64,000 nucleotides of DNA. It comes from Prevotella sp. GTDB taxonomy: Bacteria; Bacteroidota; Bacteroidia; Bacteroidales; Bacteroidaceae. The stretch is taken from positions 1,854 to 65,853 of the forward strand of contig JALFCG010000072.1 of assembly GCA_022771265.1 (NCBI GenBank). Direction: 5' to 3'. The position numbers and the translations under genes were made by a program. The notes beneath the pieces were generated by a model. That model was not told the DNA's origin, searched no databases, and saw only the letters and a list, made by a program, of their open reading frames with translations. How positions within the stretch are numbered: position 1 is the first letter of the stretch; each line of letters opens with the position of its first letter. This document shows positions 1 to 10,196 of this stretch, in pieces.

Positions 1-137
1 GCAAGGTCGATGCACTGGTATTCCATAGGTCCGGGGTTTCCGGAGCATGCCGCGTCAACAGCCCATGCGTCTGCCCTTACCTCTAAGGGCAACGGCAGCA
101 CTGTATCGTGTCTATAGTCGGGCGGATTCTGCATATA

Positions 138-1961
138 TTACATTCTCTCCGGCACTTCGATGCCGAGCAGTGCCATGCCGTTCTTTATAATCTTTGCCAC
201 ATTCTTGGCGAGCACGAGGCGGAGTGCCTTCTTGTTGGCATCTTCTTCCTTGAGGATGGAGTAGTCGTGATAGAACTGGTTGAACTCCTTGGTAAGCTCG
301 TAGCAGTAGTTGGCGATGCCGCTTGGGCTGTAGTCCTTGCCAGCCTGCTCGACGGCAGCCCCGAACTCGTTCATCTTCTGTATGAGGTCGATTTCCTTTT
401 GCGACAGCAGTCCTTCCTCGGTTGCTATGCCACTGAGTTCCGTCGTCTCGTCCTGTTCTGCCGCCTTGCGGAGGATGGAGCGGATGCGGGCGTAGGTGTA
501 TTGGATGAAGGGTCCGGTGTTGCCGTTGAAGTCGATGGACTCTTCGGGGTTGAAAAGCATGTTCTTGCGTGCATCGACTTTGAGGATGAAGTATTTCAGT
601 GCGCCCATGCCCACGATGCGTGCTATCTCTGAGCGTTCCTCGTCGGTCATGTCGCTGAACTTGCCCAGTTCCTCGCTTGTCTTCTTCGCATCGGCAATCA
701 TGGTCTCAACGAGGTCGTCAGCGTCAACGACTGTTCCCTCGCGGCTCTTCATTTTTCCGTTGGGCAGTTCCACCATACCATATGAGAAGTGGACGAGTTC
801 CTTGCCCCACTTGAATCCGAGGCGGTCGAGGAGTATGGAGAGTACCTGGAAATGGTAGTTTTGCTCGTTGCCCACAACATATATCATCTTGTCGATGGGG
901 AAGTCCTTGAAACGCATTTCGGCGGTGCCGATGTCCTGTGTCATATATACAGAGGTGCCGTCGGAGCGCAGAAGGAGCTTCTGGTCGAGCCCCTCGCCGG
1001 TGAGGTCTGCCCATACGGAGTTGTCGGCATGACGCTCGAAGAGTCCCTTGGCGAGTCCTTCCTCGACCTTTGCCTTTCCCTTGAGGTAAGTTTCCGACTC
1101 ATAGTAGATCTTGTCGAAGCCCACTCCGAGAGCCTTGTATGTCTCGTCGAAGCCTGCATACACCCAGTCGTTCATCTTCTTCCACAGGGCGCGAACTTCG
1201 GGGTCGTTCTGCTCCCACTTGACGAGCATCTCGTGAGCCTCCTTGATGAGCGGAGCCTCTTCCTTGGCTTTCTTCTCTGCCTCTTCCTCTCCTATGCCTT
1301 CAGTCACGTATTGTGCCGTTAGTTCCCTCACCTGCTCGCGGTAGTGCTTGTCGAAAGCCACGTAGTAGTCACCAATGAGGTGGTCGCCTTTCTTTCCGCT
1401 GGTCTCTGGTGTCTCGCCATTGCCGTATTTGAGCCATGCGAGCATCGACTTGCAGATGTGGATGCCTCGGTCGTTGACGATGTTGGTCTTCACCACCTTG
1501 TTGCCGTTGGCCTCCATAATCTGTGCCAACGACCATCCGAGCAGGTTGTTGCGCACGTGGCCGAGGTGGAGCGGCTTGTTGGTGTTGGGCGACGAGTATT
1601 CGATCATCACTAACGGTGAGTCGTCGCCTGCGGTTTTCTCTCCGAACTTCTCGTCGGCGTTGATTGAGGCGAGAAGCTCAATCCATGCTTCCTGTGCTAT
1701 GACGAGGTTGAGGAAGCCCTTCACCACGTTGAACGTAGCGACTGCCTTGCAGTTATCCTTCAGATACTGTCCTATTTCCTGTGCTGTATCTTCCGGTTTT
1801 TTCTTAGAAATCTTGAGGAATGGGAACACCACGAGAGTCAGGTTTCCCTCAAATTCACGTTTTGTCTTCTGTAGCTGTACCATCTTCTCGCCTGTTTCCT
1901 GACCGTAGAGGGTCTTGACGGCATCGATGACCGCGCTGCTAATCATGCTTTCTATCTTCAT
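138..1961 (-). CDS. argS: arginine--tRNA ligase
   Basis: 607-aa ORF with ATG at 1961. Class-I aaRS HIGH-type motif (SPNTNKPLHLGHVRN) and an ArgS-like C-terminal anticodon-binding region. Confidence 0.95.
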   Translation of the reverse strand: MKIESMISSAVIDAVKTLYGQETGEKMVQLQKTKREFEGNLTLVVFPFLKISKKKPEDTAQEIGQYLKDNCKAVATFNVVKGFLNLVIAQEAWIELLASINADEKFGEKTAGDDSPLVMIEYSSPNTNKPLHLGHVRNNLLGWSLAQIMEANGNKVVKTNIVNDRGIHICKSMLAWLKYGNGETPETSGKKGDHLIGDYYVAFDKHYREQVRELTAQYVTEGIGEEEAEKKAKEEAPLIKEAHEMLVKWEQNDPEVRALWKKMNDWVYAGFDETYKALGVGFDKIYYESETYLKGKAKVEEGLAKGLFERHADNSVWADLTGEGLDQKLLLRSDGTSVYMTQDIGTAEMRFKDFPIDKMIYVVGNEQNYHFQVLSILLDRLGFKWGKELVHFSYGMVELPNGKMKSREGTVVDADDLVETMIADAKKTSEELGKFSDMTDEERSEIARIVGMGALKYFILKVDARKNMLFNPEESIDFNGNTGPFIQYTYARIRSILRKAAEQDETTELSGIATEEGLLSQKEIDLIQKMNEFGAAVEQAGKDYSPSGIANYCYELTKEFNQFYHDYSILKEEDANKKALRLVLAKNVAKIIKNGMALLGIEVPERM

Positions 1962-2006
1962 TTCTTTATACTATAGTATCGTTGTTGATAATTTCGAAAT
2001 CGTCGG

Positions 2007-2014
2007 CAAAGTTA
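2007..2014 (-). promoter_or_regulatory. Bacteroidetes -7 promoter box TAACTTTG (TAnnTTTG)
   Basis: Plus strand reads CAAAGTTA, 46 nt upstream of the argS ATG. Confidence 0.6.
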
Positions 2015-2117
2015 CTGCTTTTTGCCGAGACTACAAAGAAAAAGCCCAGTTTTCTTTGCCGTCGTTGAAACAAAAAGCAAAAGCGAAGATACTGACAGTA
2101 CCTTCGCCTTGCTTTTG

Positions 2118-2191
2118 TCGGGATGACTGGACTTGAACCAGCGACCTCACGCCCCCCAGACGCGTGCGCTAACCAACTGCGCTACATCCCG
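2118..2191 (-). tRNA. tRNA-Pro (anticodon GGG)
   Basis: Reverse complement CGGGATGTAGCGCAGTTGGTTAGCGCACGCGTCTGGGGGGCGTGAGGTCGCTGGTTCAAGTCCAGTCATCCCGA folds as a 74-nt cloverleaf. Anticodon loop is CTGGGGG with U33; CCA is not encoded. Confidence 0.85.
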
Positions 2192-2226
2192 CACTCCTTT
2201 GCCAGCCCATTTGGGTTAAGCGGGTG

Positions 2227-2234
2227 CAAAGGTA
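2227..2234 (-). promoter_or_regulatory. -7 promoter box TACCTTTG for tRNA-Pro
   Basis: Plus strand reads CAAAGGTA, 36 nt upstream of the tRNA 5' end. Confidence 0.6.
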
Positions 2235-2329
2235 TATATATTTTATGAGATATGCAAGTTTTTGAGGATATTTTTTTCTTTTTATGCCATATTTACACTG
2301 CTTTTCTTGTATAAACGAAATAAAATAGT

Positions 2330-2337
2330 TACTTTTG
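2330..2337 (+). promoter_or_regulatory. -7 promoter box TACTTTTG
   Basis: Matches TAnnTTTG, 33 nt upstream of the aroA ATG. Confidence 0.6.
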
Positions 2338-2369
2338 CAGGTCGAAAACGTTGATACACATTTTTATAT

Positions 2370-3635
2370 ATGCAATACATCATCACTGCCCCTACGGCAA
2401 TAAACTATACTGTCGAGCTGCCGGCATCGAAAAGCATAAGCAACCGAGCGCTGATCATCAGTGCTCTCGCTGGAGGCGGCAAGTTGCCGGCTAACCTTTC
2501 CGACTGCGATGACACGGAAGTCATCGTCAATGCGCTACGCGACAATCCCGAGACTATCGACATTAAGGCCGCCGGCACAGCCATGCGGTTTATGACGGCA
2601 TATCTTTCGGTTACCGAAGGTGAGCACACCATCACCGGGACGGAGCGCATGAGGCACAGGCCCATAGGAGTGCTCGTCGATGCGCTGCGCTTCATAGGTG
2701 CCGACATCGCTTACGCGGGAGAGGAAGGATTTCCGCCGCTCCGCATAAAGGGGAAGAAACTGAGGGGAGGGGAAATGCACATAAAAGGGAATGTCAGTTC
2801 GCAGTATATTTCGGCTCTCTTGATGGTAGGGCCAAAGCTCGAAGGGGGACTGGAGCTGCACCTGGAGGGGGAAATAATCTCGCGCCCCTACATCGACCTC
2901 ACGTTGTGGACGATGAAGGAGTTCGGTGCTGACGCTGAATGGACAGGTGTCAACGTCATTACCGTTAAGGCCAAGCCATACACGGAAAGAAACTATTTTA
3001 TAGAAAACGACTGGAGCGCAGCCTCTTACTGGTATGAGATGATGGCAATAAACGCCAACACCGACGACAAGCTGACTTTGAAGGGACTGCACGACGGCAG
3101 CAAGCAGGGCGACTCCATAGCAAGATACCTGTTCAGTCTGCTCGGAGTGAAAACGTCATTTAAGGAAGGCGGGAACGGGCTTCCGGGCGACGTCTGTCTG
3201 AAATACTCAGGTCACTCGGTGGCACGCCTGGAATATGACTTCATCAGTTGTCCTGACCTGGCACAGACGTTCGTGGCAACCTGCGTTGCAAAGAATGTGC
3301 CGTTCCATTTCACAGGATTGCAAACGCTGAAGATTAAGGAGACCGACCGCATCGAGGCACTGAAGACCGAGATGAGAAAGCTGGGCTACGTGCTGGAGGA
3401 CCGCGATGGGAAGGAACTGCTGTGGGACGGGGCGCGGTGTAAGCCGGAAAAGGACAACCCGCTCGACATCGCCATCGACACCTACGAGGACCATCGCATG
3501 GCTCTCGCCTTTGCGCCCATGTCGTTGTCAAGAAACTATATGCGCGTCAACAACCCCCACGTCGTGACGAAGTCATACCCGCACTATTGGGAAAACCTCG
3601 TCGATGCTGGTTTTGAAATAACGGAAGAACAATGA
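2370..3635 (+). CDS. aroA: 3-phosphoshikimate 1-carboxyvinyltransferase (EPSP synthase)
   Basis: 421 aa. N-terminal LPASKSISNRALIISALA and overall EPSP-synthase architecture. Confidence 0.93.
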   Translation: MQYIITAPTAINYTVELPASKSISNRALIISALAGGGKLPANLSDCDDTEVIVNALRDNPETIDIKAAGTAMRFMTAYLSVTEGEHTITGTERMRHRPIGVLVDALRFIGADIAYAGEEGFPPLRIKGKKLRGGEMHIKGNVSSQYISALLMVGPKLEGGLELHLEGEIISRPYIDLTLWTMKEFGADAEWTGVNVITVKAKPYTERNYFIENDWSAASYWYEMMAINANTDDKLTLKGLHDGSKQGDSIARYLFSLLGVKTSFKEGGNGLPGDVCLKYSGHSVARLEYDFISCPDLAQTFVATCVAKNVPFHFTGLQTLKIKETDRIEALKTEMRKLGYVLEDRDGKELLWDGARCKPEKDNPLDIAIDTYEDHRMALAFAPMSLSRNYMRVNNPHVVTKSYPHYWENLVDAGFEITEEQ

Positions 3636-4033
3636 ACGTCAGCGTCATCGTCATATTGATATTGGTTCTTGCGGCAGGGGCAATCGTCGCCGGAGGATTG
3701 CAGTTCTTCTTCTCCACGAAAGAGGAGGATGAGCTACCAATACGGACAACGCCCACCTGCAGCACCTGCAACGGCGACGACAGCCGCTGCGAGCAGGAGT
3801 GCATGATGGAAGCAGCCACAAAACCTATTGAATATTACGACGACGAGGAGCTGGACCGCTTTGCCTTCCGCCCTTCCGACGCATACTCCGACGAGGAGGC
3901 GGAGGAATTCCGTGAAGTGCTTTACACCATGAGGCAGGAAGAGGCCAAGGGCTGGAACCGCAGCCTCGCGCTCAGAAGCATAAACGTGCCTGACCAACTG
4001 AAGGACGAGTTGAGAATGATGATTGAAGGTTGA
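3632..4033 (+). CDS. hypothetical membrane-anchored acidic protein
   Basis: 133 aa. ATGA overlap with the aroA stop suggests translational coupling. One N-terminal TM helix, a CxxC...C...C cluster and an acidic C-terminus. Confidence 0.55.
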   Translation: MNVSVIVILILVLAAGAIVAGGLQFFFSTKEEDELPIRTTPTCSTCNGDDSRCEQECMMEAATKPIEYYDDEELDRFAFRPSDAYSDEEAEEFREVLYTMRQEEAKGWNRSLALRSINVPDQLKDELRMMIEG

Positions 4034-4036
4034 GAA

Positions 4037-4834
4037 ATGTTTGAGATATTTGAATATACATTTTTCCGGAATGCCCTGCTGGGCGGATTGCTCGCGAGTT
4101 TACTCTGCGGGCTGGTGGGGACATATATCGTCACGCGACGACTGGTCTTCATCAGCGGCGGCATTACCCATGCATCTTTCGGAGGAGTTGGGCTGGGAGT
4201 TTTCCTCGGGCTCAACCCCATCCTGTCGGCAATGGTGTTCGCCATAGCAAGCGCATGCGGGGTGGAATGGATGTCGCACAGGCAGAAAGTGAGGGAAGAC
4301 AGCGCAATAGCCTTGTTCTGGACGCTTGGTATGAGCGTAGGCATCATCTGCAGCTTTCTGACACCGGGCTTCATGCCAGACCTTCCGTCGTTTCTTTTCG
4401 GCAATATCCTCACTATCGACACATCCGACATTGTCCTTCTGTCGTCACTGAGCATAGTGACGGTCACACTGTTCACCTTGTTTTCCGACACAATAATAAG
4501 CGTGGCATTCGACCCGATATTCGCAAAGACACAGAACATCCCGGTGAAGGCAGTTGAATACCTGATGATGACACTGATAGCCATGACCATAGTAAGCACC
4601 CTGCGCCTTGTGGGCATAGTGCTTGCCATCAGCCTTCTGACCATTCCGCAGATGACAGCCAACCTCTTCGCGAGCCGGTTCATGGGCATGGCGTGGCTCA
4701 GCGTAGTGTTCGGCACCATCTACTGTATGGCAGGCCTTACGGTTTCCTACCTTCTCAACGTGCCTTCCGGCGCGTCGATAATATTCGTTTCCATCCTGTC
4801 CTATGCAGCCATCAGGACATTCAAACGCAGATGA
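4037..4834 (+). CDS. metal (Zn/Mn-type) ABC transporter permease, ABC-3 family
   Basis: 265 aa, multi-TM. N-terminus FRNALLGGLLASLLCGLVGTYIVTRRLVFISGGITHASFGG is typical of ZnuB/TroCD-like permeases. Confidence 0.85.
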   Translation: MFEIFEYTFFRNALLGGLLASLLCGLVGTYIVTRRLVFISGGITHASFGGVGLGVFLGLNPILSAMVFAIASACGVEWMSHRQKVREDSAIALFWTLGMSVGIICSFLTPGFMPDLPSFLFGNILTIDTSDIVLLSSLSIVTVTLFTLFSDTIISVAFDPIFAKTQNIPVKAVEYLMMTLIAMTIVSTLRLVGIVLAISLLTIPQMTANLFASRFMGMAWLSVVFGTIYCMAGLTVSYLLNVPSGASIIFVSILSYAAIRTFKRR

Positions 4835-4840
4835 CGCCCT

Positions 4841-7750
4841 ATGGAAAAACGTAGGGATGCTAAACGTTTGACACTTTTCGCCGCGGTTGCGGCAATACTG
4901 TCGCTCACCGCCTGTTCAACGCAAAAAAACACGTCGGCAAGCAGATGGTGGCACGCCTTTAACGCAAGATACAACACCTATTTCAACGGCAGCCAGGCAT
5001 TCATCGAGGGGTCACAGGAAAAGGAAGACGGACACCACGACAACTTCACAGAACAGCTGCCGCTCTATCCTGCAGGAACGAAAAGCGGAAAAGACATCGG
5101 CAAGGAAAAGTTTGACAGGGCTATCGAAAAGGTAGAGAAAGCCATCAAAAGGCACAGCATAAAGCGAAGGCCACAATGGACCAAAAGCCGCAGAAAGACC
5201 AAACAGGACCTCGAGTGGCTCGGACGAAAGGAGTACAACCCGTTTATATGGAAGGCATGGCTGCTGCTGGGCAAGTCGCAATTTCAGAAAGGAGAGTTTG
5301 AAGAAGCCGCATCCACATTCTCATACATGTCGCGACTATATGCCACGCAACCTGCAATAAGCGGCATATCAAGGGCTTGGCTCACAAAAAGCTATGCAGA
5401 ACTCGGATGGCTCTACGAGGCGGAGGACGTGATAACGAAGATGAGGCGCGACTCGATGGACTATCGGGCGGTGACCGACTGGGACTATGCCTACTGCGAC
5501 TACTACCTTCACAACGGCAACAGGAAAGAAGCAATAAGATACCTGAAAAAAGTCATAGGCCACGAGCGCAGAAGAAAACTACGAGCAAGACAATGGTACC
5601 TGCTCGGACAGCTCGAAGCCGCAGAAGGCAACAGGAAGGCTGCCGACAAGGCTTTCAGGAAAGTAATCAGCATGAGCCCTCCATACGAGCTTTCATTTAA
5701 CGCACGCATTGCAATGACCGAGGTGGCGGCAAAAGGGAAGGCAAAAACCATGGTAAGCCGACTGAAAAGGATGGCAGCGTCTGACAACAACAAGAACTAC
5801 CTTGAGCAGGTCTATTACGCCATAGGCAACATCTACCTGGCACAACACGACACGCTCAAGGCCATAAGCGCCTACGAAGAAGGCAACAGGAAGGCTACAA
5901 GAAACGGAATAGAGAAAGGAGTGCTGCTGCTCAACCTCGGAAACATCTACTGGACTCGAAAGGACTATGCTAACGCCCAGCGGTGCTACAACGAGGCGAT
6001 TGGCCTGCTCGACAAGGACCGTTGCGACTACGACCAACTGTCGAGACGCTCGGTTGTGCTTGGCCGACTCGTACCTCACGTTGAAACCATACACCTTCAG
6101 GACTCACTCCTATATCTTGCCCAATCGTCTGAGTCAGAACGCATTGCAGCCGCTGACAGACAAATCGCGCTGCTTAGGAAACAGGAAAAGGAAGCCCGCG
6201 AGGCAGCTCTCGACCAAGAAGCGGAGAAACTTCAGCAACAGAACACTGCCGGACAGGAGGCAAGCAACATAAAGCCCACCGTCACACCGAAAACCGACGC
6301 CGCACTGTGGTACTTCTACAACCCTACAGCAGTGGCGCAAGGCAAGGCAGCCTTCGAGAGGAAATGGGGAAGAAGGGAAAACATCGACAACTGGCGACGT
6401 TCCAATCAGACTGTCGTCAAGCTCGACAGCGAAGAAAGCGAAGCCCTGCATGACCCAGAGTCGCAACAAGAGAAGGAGGACACCGCTTCACCTGCGGCAA
6501 CCAGCGACAGTGAACCACAAAAGTCCAAGGACAGCGACGACCCGCACCAGCGAGCCTATTACCTGGCGCAAATCCCGCTCACCAAGGAGCAGAAGGCAGA
6601 GGCAGAGGAGAAACTGAAAGAAGCATTGCTCAATGCCGGCATCGTGATGAAAGACGATATGGACGAGATAGAAGAATCACGAAGGCATCTCGAACGGCTC
6701 TCGAACACATGGCATGACTTCCGGCGCGATGACGAGACCTGCTACCACCTGTTCCTTATTTACCTTCGAAAGGGTGAAGGGCATAAGGCTGACCAAATGG
6801 TCGCCAGACTGAAGGAACGTCATCCCGAAAGCCAATACACCAAGTTGCTCTCCAACCCCTACTACATAGAAGACTCACGATGGGGGGAACATATCGAGGA
6901 CTCCATCTATACCGCCACTTACGAAGCCTTCAAGCAAGGCAGGAACGACGTGGTTAAAGCAAACTTAGGCATCTCCGACCAGCGGTTTGAACAAGGCGAC
7001 AACAGACCGCGCTTCCTCTTTATCGGAGCGTTGACAATGCTCAATGAAGGCGACGCAGAAGGCTGCATAAGAAGAATGACCGAGGTGGTCGAGAAACATC
7101 CTAAGTCGGAAATAGCTGAAATGGCAGGAATGATAGTAAAAGGTGTCAGGCAAGGGAGAAAGCTAAATGGCGTAGGACTTGATGTCGGCGAATTATGGGA
7201 GAGAAGAAGCCACGAGACGCTACGCGACACCACGACAGCCGACACGCTCAGTCTGAATCACGACCAGCCACACGTCGTAATGCTGGCATTCCGCACAGAC
7301 TCCGTAAACAGCAACCAGCTGCTCTACGAGCTGGCAAAACACAACTTCACCAACTACCTCGTGAGGAATTTCGAGATAAAGGTCGAGGACATGGAGGGTA
7401 TCACACGCATGACCGTCAGCGGGTTCCTCAACTACGACGAGGCCTCGCTCTACCGGCGACAGCTCGTCACGTCGTTCCCGCCCATACGGCGACAAGAGTC
7501 GGGCATAAGGCTCTACGTCGTCAGTGAATCGAACATCAAACAGCTCGGCACTACATTCAGCTATGCCGACTACGAAACATTCTTCAACGAGAACATCGCC
7601 CCTGCAGAACCGCCTCAGGAACTGTCGCTCGACGAGCCTGTGGAAGTGGTAGTAAAGGAACAAACGGAAGAAGATGTCGACACAAGCGACAACGGCGAGA
7701 AAGAAGAAACAGAAGAAACATTTGACTTTGACGAAGATTTCTACAGATGA
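4841..7750 (+). CDS. porW: TPR lipoprotein, T9SS PorW/SprE-like
   Basis: 969 aa with lipobox LSLTAC. N-terminal CSTQKNTSASRWWHAFNARYNTYFNG pattern resembles SprE/PorW. TPR-rich and translationally coupled to porX. Confidence 0.65.
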   Translation: MEKRRDAKRLTLFAAVAAILSLTACSTQKNTSASRWWHAFNARYNTYFNGSQAFIEGSQEKEDGHHDNFTEQLPLYPAGTKSGKDIGKEKFDRAIEKVEKAIKRHSIKRRPQWTKSRRKTKQDLEWLGRKEYNPFIWKAWLLLGKSQFQKGEFEEAASTFSYMSRLYATQPAISGISRAWLTKSYAELGWLYEAEDVITKMRRDSMDYRAVTDWDYAYCDYYLHNGNRKEAIRYLKKVIGHERRRKLRARQWYLLGQLEAAEGNRKAADKAFRKVISMSPPYELSFNARIAMTEVAAKGKAKTMVSRLKRMAASDNNKNYLEQVYYAIGNIYLAQHDTLKAISAYEEGNRKATRNGIEKGVLLLNLGNIYWTRKDYANAQRCYNEAIGLLDKDRCDYDQLSRRSVVLGRLVPHVETIHLQDSLLYLAQSSESERIAAADRQIALLRKQEKEAREAALDQEAEKLQQQNTAGQEASNIKPTVTPKTDAALWYFYNPTAVAQGKAAFERKWGRRENIDNWRRSNQTVVKLDSEESEALHDPESQQEKEDTASPAATSDSEPQKSKDSDDPHQRAYYLAQIPLTKEQKAEAEEKLKEALLNAGIVMKDDMDEIEESRRHLERLSNTWHDFRRDDETCYHLFLIYLRKGEGHKADQMVARLKERHPESQYTKLLSNPYYIEDSRWGEHIEDSIYTATYEAFKQGRNDVVKANLGISDQRFEQGDNRPRFLFIGALTMLNEGDAEGCIRRMTEVVEKHPKSEIAEMAGMIVKGVRQGRKLNGVGLDVGELWERRSHETLRDTTTADTLSLNHDQPHVVMLAFRTDSVNSNQLLYELAKHNFTNYLVRNFEIKVEDMEGITRMTVSGFLNYDEASLYRRQLVTSFPPIRRQESGIRLYVVSESNIKQLGTTFSYADYETFFNENIAPAEPPQELSLDEPVEVVVKEQTEEDVDTSDNGEKEETEETFDFDEDFYR

Positions 7751-9333
7751 CAAACGGACTGCTACTTTGGGCTGACGACGAAATAGAACAGTTGAAAGCC
7801 CACGTCATGTTCCTTAAGAAAAAGGGATATGAGATAATCACGGTGAGCAACGGCCGTGATGCCATTGCGCAGTGCAAGGAACGGACGTTCGACCTTGTAC
7901 TGCTCGACGAGATGATGCCTGGCCTATCGGGCATCGAGACCCTTCAGCGGATTAAGGAAGTGCAGCCGTCGGTGCCTGTGGTAATGGTCACCAAAAGCGA
8001 GGAAGAGGACATCATGGACCAGGCTGTCGGCAAGAACATCGCCGACTACCTGATAAAACCCGTCAACCCCAACCAGATACTGCTATCGCTGAAGAAGAAC
8101 ATCCATCACAAGGAACTCATCGCCGAGATGACCCAAATGGACTACCGGCAGGACTTCCAGAACATCTCCATGCGGATAGACGATTGCAGGACATGGCAGG
8201 ACTGGGTTGAAATCTACAAGATACTCGTACGGTGGGAACTTGATTTTTCGCAGCTCCCCACCAACGCCTCACCGATGCCCGACATCCTGGCGATGCAAAA
8301 AGAGGATGCCAACAAGGGGTTCGCGAAGTTCGTGACAAGGAACTACGAGACATGGATGGACGAATTGGGAAAGCCCGGACAACACAGCCAGAACCGCCCG
8401 CTGCTCAGTCCGGAGGTGATGAAGAATGCCGTGTTCCCTACCATCGACAAGGGCGAGAAGGTGTTTCTCGTCGTATTCGACAATTTCAGGTACGACCAGT
8501 GGCGAATGATGGCAAAGGAGATTGGCGAGCTTTTCGACATTGACGAGCAACTGTACTTCAGCATCCTTCCCACTTCCACACAATATTCGCGTAACGCACT
8601 GTTCAGCGGACTTATGCCCGACAGCATCTCAAGGATGTTCCCCTCATTGTGGGTTGACGAGGACGAAGAGGAAGGCAAGAACCTCAACGAAGAACCGCTG
8701 ATAGGCACCCATCTGGAACGCTATCGCCGAAAGGACAGCTTTTCCTACACAAAAGTCAACGACTCAGCTGCAGCTGAAAAGCTTATCCAGCGGTTCAACG
8801 AACTGAAAGGCAAAGACCTTAACGTTGTTGTGTTTAACTTCATCGACATGTTAAGTCACGCACGCACCGAGTCGAAAATGGTGCGGGAACTTGCCAACAA
8901 CGAGAAAGCCTACCGAAGCCTCACGATGAGCTGGTTCAGGAACTCGGTGGTTTACGATTTCTTCAAGACGCTTGCATCCTGTGATTTTCACGTTGTCGTG
9001 ACTACCGACCATGGGTCTATACGTGTCAACAAACCAATAAAGATTGTAGGCGAACGCAACACCAACACCAACCTTCGCTACAAGCTCGGCAGAAACCTCG
9101 GCTACGACTCCCGTGACCTCTTCATCGTTAAGGACCCGAAGCGCATCCACCTCCCGCAACCCAATGTCAGCACGAGCTACGTGTTCGCGCAAGGCTCCCA
9201 ATTCTTCGCCTATCCTAACAACTTCAACTATTACGTCCAATACTATAAGGATACATTCCAGCATGGCGGAATATCCATGGAAGAGATCATCATACCATTA
9301 GTGAAACTTAAACCCAGGAGAAAATGGAACTGA
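7747..9333 (+). CDS. porX: T9SS response regulator PorX (receiver + PglZ/alkaline-phosphatase-like domain)
   Basis: 528 aa. N-terminal CheY-like receiver (LLWADDE...[11 protein letters not shown]...KP) followed by a long PglZ-type domain. ATGA overlap with the upstream gene. Confidence 0.8.
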   Translation: MTNGLLLWADDEIEQLKAHVMFLKKKGYEIITVSNGRDAIAQCKERTFDLVLLDEMMPGLSGIETLQRIKEVQPSVPVVMVTKSEEEDIMDQAVGKNIADYLIKPVNPNQILLSLKKNIHHKELIAEMTQMDYRQDFQNISMRIDDCRTWQDWVEIYKILVRWELDFSQLPTNASPMPDILAMQKEDANKGFAKFVTRNYETWMDELGKPGQHSQNRPLLSPEVMKNAVFPTIDKGEKVFLVVFDNFRYDQWRMMAKEIGELFDIDEQLYFSILPTSTQYSRNALFSGLMPDSISRMFPSLWVDEDEEEGKNLNEEPLIGTHLERYRRKDSFSYTKVNDSAAAEKLIQRFNELKGKDLNVVVFNFIDMLSHARTESKMVRELANNEKAYRSLTMSWFRNSVVYDFFKTLASCDFHVVVTTDHGSIRVNKPIKIVGERNTNTNLRYKLGRNLGYDSRDLFIVKDPKRIHLPQPNVSTSYVFAQGSQFFAYPNNFNYYVQYYKDTFQHGGISMEEIIIPLVKLKPRRKWN

Positions 9334-9737
9334 AAATAGAAAACTTGGAAAAAATCAGCGAGGCGGCACATGACTTTGTCGCCAACATCGGAGAAAACAC
9401 CGTCTTTGCCTTTTACGGCAAGATGGGAGCAGGCAAAACCACTTTCGTAAAGGCCGTCTGTGAGGAACTGGGAGTTGATGAAGTCATCACCTCTCCAACC
9501 TTCTCCATCGTCAACGAGTACAGGTCAGCAACGACCGACGAGCTCATATACCACTTCGACTTCTACCGTATAAAGAAGATTGAAGAAGTCTATGACATGG
9601 GCTTTGAGGACTACTTCTACAGCGGTGCGCTATGTTTCATTGAATGGCCCGAGCTTGTCGAGGAAGTGCTGCCCGACGATGCGGTGAAGGTGAGCATTGA
9701 GGAACAGGCTGACGGAAGCAGGACCGTGACATTCTGA
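9324..9737 (+). CDS. tsaE: tRNA t6A37 biosynthesis ATPase TsaE
   Basis: 137 aa. P-loop [10 protein letters not shown] and [10 protein letters not shown] motif. Confidence 0.9.
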   Translation: MELKIENLEKISEAAHDFVANIGENTVFAFYGKMGAGKTTFVKAVCEELGVDEVITSPTFSIVNEYRSATTDELIYHFDFYRIKKIEEVYDMGFEDYFYSGALCFIEWPELVEEVLPDDAVKVSIEEQADGSRTVTF

Positions 9738-9760
9738 ACAAGCCACGCCTTGCCACGGAA

Positions 9761-9805
9761 GAAAAAAGAAGCCTTGCCACGGAGAACGACTCTCCAGGGC
9801 AAGGC
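9761..9805 (-). terminator. rho-independent terminator of trxA
   Basis: On the minus strand, the GCCTTGCC...GGCAAGGC interrupted hairpin (inner GGAGA/TCTCC) is followed by TTCTTTTTTC. Confidence 0.6.
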
Positions 9806-9836
9806 ATTATTGTTGAAAGGATTGGGAATCCGTTGG

Positions 9837-10151
9837 TTACAGAAGAGCCTTGAACTTGTCCTCAATCTTTGACTTTGAAGCGGCTCCGACCATCTTGTCA
9901 ACCACTTCACCTCCCTTGAAGAAAAGGATTGTCGGAATGTTGCGTATGCCATATTCAGAGGCGATGTCATCACATTCCTCAACGTCACACTTTCCGACGT
10001 TGATTTTTCCGTCATACTCTTTAGCCAACTCCTCGATGATAGGAGCAATCATGCGGCATGGTCCGCACCATGTTGCCCAGAAGTCAACAACCAATGGCAG
10101 TTCGCCATTCTTCAACTCTTCGAAATTGCTTGATGTGATTTTTGTTTCCAT
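9837..10151 (-). CDS. trxA: thioredoxin
   Basis: 104 aa with WCGPC active site. Confidence 0.93.
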   Translation of the reverse strand: METKITSSNFEELKNGELPLVVDFWATWCGPCRMIAPIIEELAKEYDGKINVGKCDVEECDDIASEYGIRNIPTILFFKGGEVVDKMVGAASKSKIEDKFKALL

Positions 10152-10196
10152 TTTGTAAAAATGATTATTATGTTAATGAATTAATGATTTCTATTA

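Noticed and set aside
9746-9783. Direct 13-nt repeat GCCTTGCCACGGA x2 between tsaE and trxA.
   Set aside because: The second copy is simply the 5' arm of the trxA terminator hairpin. A two-copy repeat with no other occurrence in the window is not enough to call an element.
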